DNA of 20,000 nucleotides from Perkinsus olseni (Eukaryota): NCBI GenBank assembly GCA_013115125.1, contig JABANN010000080.1, positions 58,729 to 78,728 of the forward strand, read 5' to 3'. Shown piece by piece: positions 19,035 to 20,000 of this stretch (position 1 is its first letter; each line of letters starts with the position of its first letter). The notes under the pieces were generated by a model. It saw only the letters and a program-made list of their open reading frames with translations, ran no database searches and was not told where the DNA came from. The position numbers and the translations under genes were made by a program.

Positions 19035-19723
19035 GTTTCGATGACTAAATTCTCTTTGTGAAATCTTCGCAACAATGTCAATCCCGCTCTTCGCCAAGGT
19101 AGCCATCGAGGAGATGTTAAATCAAGTAAGCGGAGCGATTCATCCTCCTCGCATTTGTCGATTCGCCTCCAGTTTTCCTCAATATGGAAGCTATTGATGC
19201 AGTATCTAAGCTCGGCGAATGATTTCATATGCCCTTCGAGAAGATCTTCGCTGGAGGATGCGTAAATTCGCCTTCGCCGAGTTCGCTACGACTGCCTCCT
19301 TTCTGACAGGTTCCCAGGTTTTCAGCGTTGGGTGCTTCATAAACGGAAAAGTAGCCAACGTGTAGACTCTCGCAGTGACTGGATGGTCTCGACACAACTC
19401 TGAGATACCAACTCGCACCTATCTGTCAGTAACTTCGTTCAATCATCTTTTGTGCTTGGGTCTCAGACTCGAGTAGTTCGTCCGTGATCTCTACGAAGCC
19501 CCTAGAGGAGTGGAATGGACATCTGAGTCACCACGACGAGCTCTGTTCGGTGGACTCTCTGGTATGAGTCACAATTCAGATAGTAATTCGTTCTTCATAA
19601 TGCCTGAGTATGTCTCTTTGTTGAACGTGTTTGCGTGTCGAGGAGCGGCAGGGCGTAATCTAGATAACACAGTACCCAAATATTGGAGCAGTGAAGCTCG
19701 AATTGCGATTCTCAATAACATAT
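19035..19723 (-). pseudogene. Decayed ORF, possibly a retroelement remnant
   Basis: One minus frame runs from ~19723 (MLLRIAIRASLLQYLGTV..) through four scattered stops into ORF 19418-19206, then shifts frame into ORF 19228-18956. No introns are evident and no diagnostic RT motif was seen. Confidence 0.3.
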
Positions 19724-20000
19724 GAGCAGATCAGTGGTAAATCACTTGAACCTAGAAGAAGACGTTCTAACAAACAGTGGCGTACGCGCCTGCACTACGT
19801 CACCACAGGCTTGATACCGTCGCTCACGAATACGATTCGCGGTTCAAGACAGGGTTTCTTAGTTTCAGTTGATTGCCAGAACGCAACAACCCTCGAGAGG
19901 TTGGAAGATGCTTATGAGAGAGCTAAAGAACGCTGGCGAGACGGGTGCAGGGTGTCACCACCGGCGTCACGTCACCTGCTGTAGACAGTCTCGGACGTGC

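Noticed and set aside
19098-19106. Spliced-leader relic (gtagccatc)
   Set aside because: Only 9 nt of the ~22-nt leader, and not upstream of a + strand gene.

Overview
Gene-dense eukaryotic DNA with many short (mostly 40-60 nt) GT-AG introns and nearly all genes on the + strand. The style most resembles an alveolate protist such as Perkinsus, which is an inference. Hand-splicing recovers the 3' part of an NSUN2/Trm4-like m5C RNA methyltransferase, a complete 9-exon choline/ethanolamine kinase, an LRGUK/LRRC23-like LRR protein, a disordered hypothetical protein and a small minus-strand gene. It also recovers a two-TM membrane protein with a Cache-like ectodomain, a secreted Cys-rich protein and an AAAP/SLC36-like amino-acid transporter, plus some decayed ORF relics. 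There are five unusual non-coding signals. (1) Three of the eight kinase introns carry tRNA 3'-half relics with canonical spacing. (2) An intron of the adjacent tRNA methyltransferase holds a 36-nt tandem array whose antisense reads like tRNA 5' ends. (3) A ~220-nt multi-branched structured RNA candidate lies at 15164-15395. (4) Overlapping palindromes with single-nucleotide centres cluster in non-coding DNA. (5) One intron may have a non-canonical GT-AT boundary. Gene models were built by eye and no searches were run.
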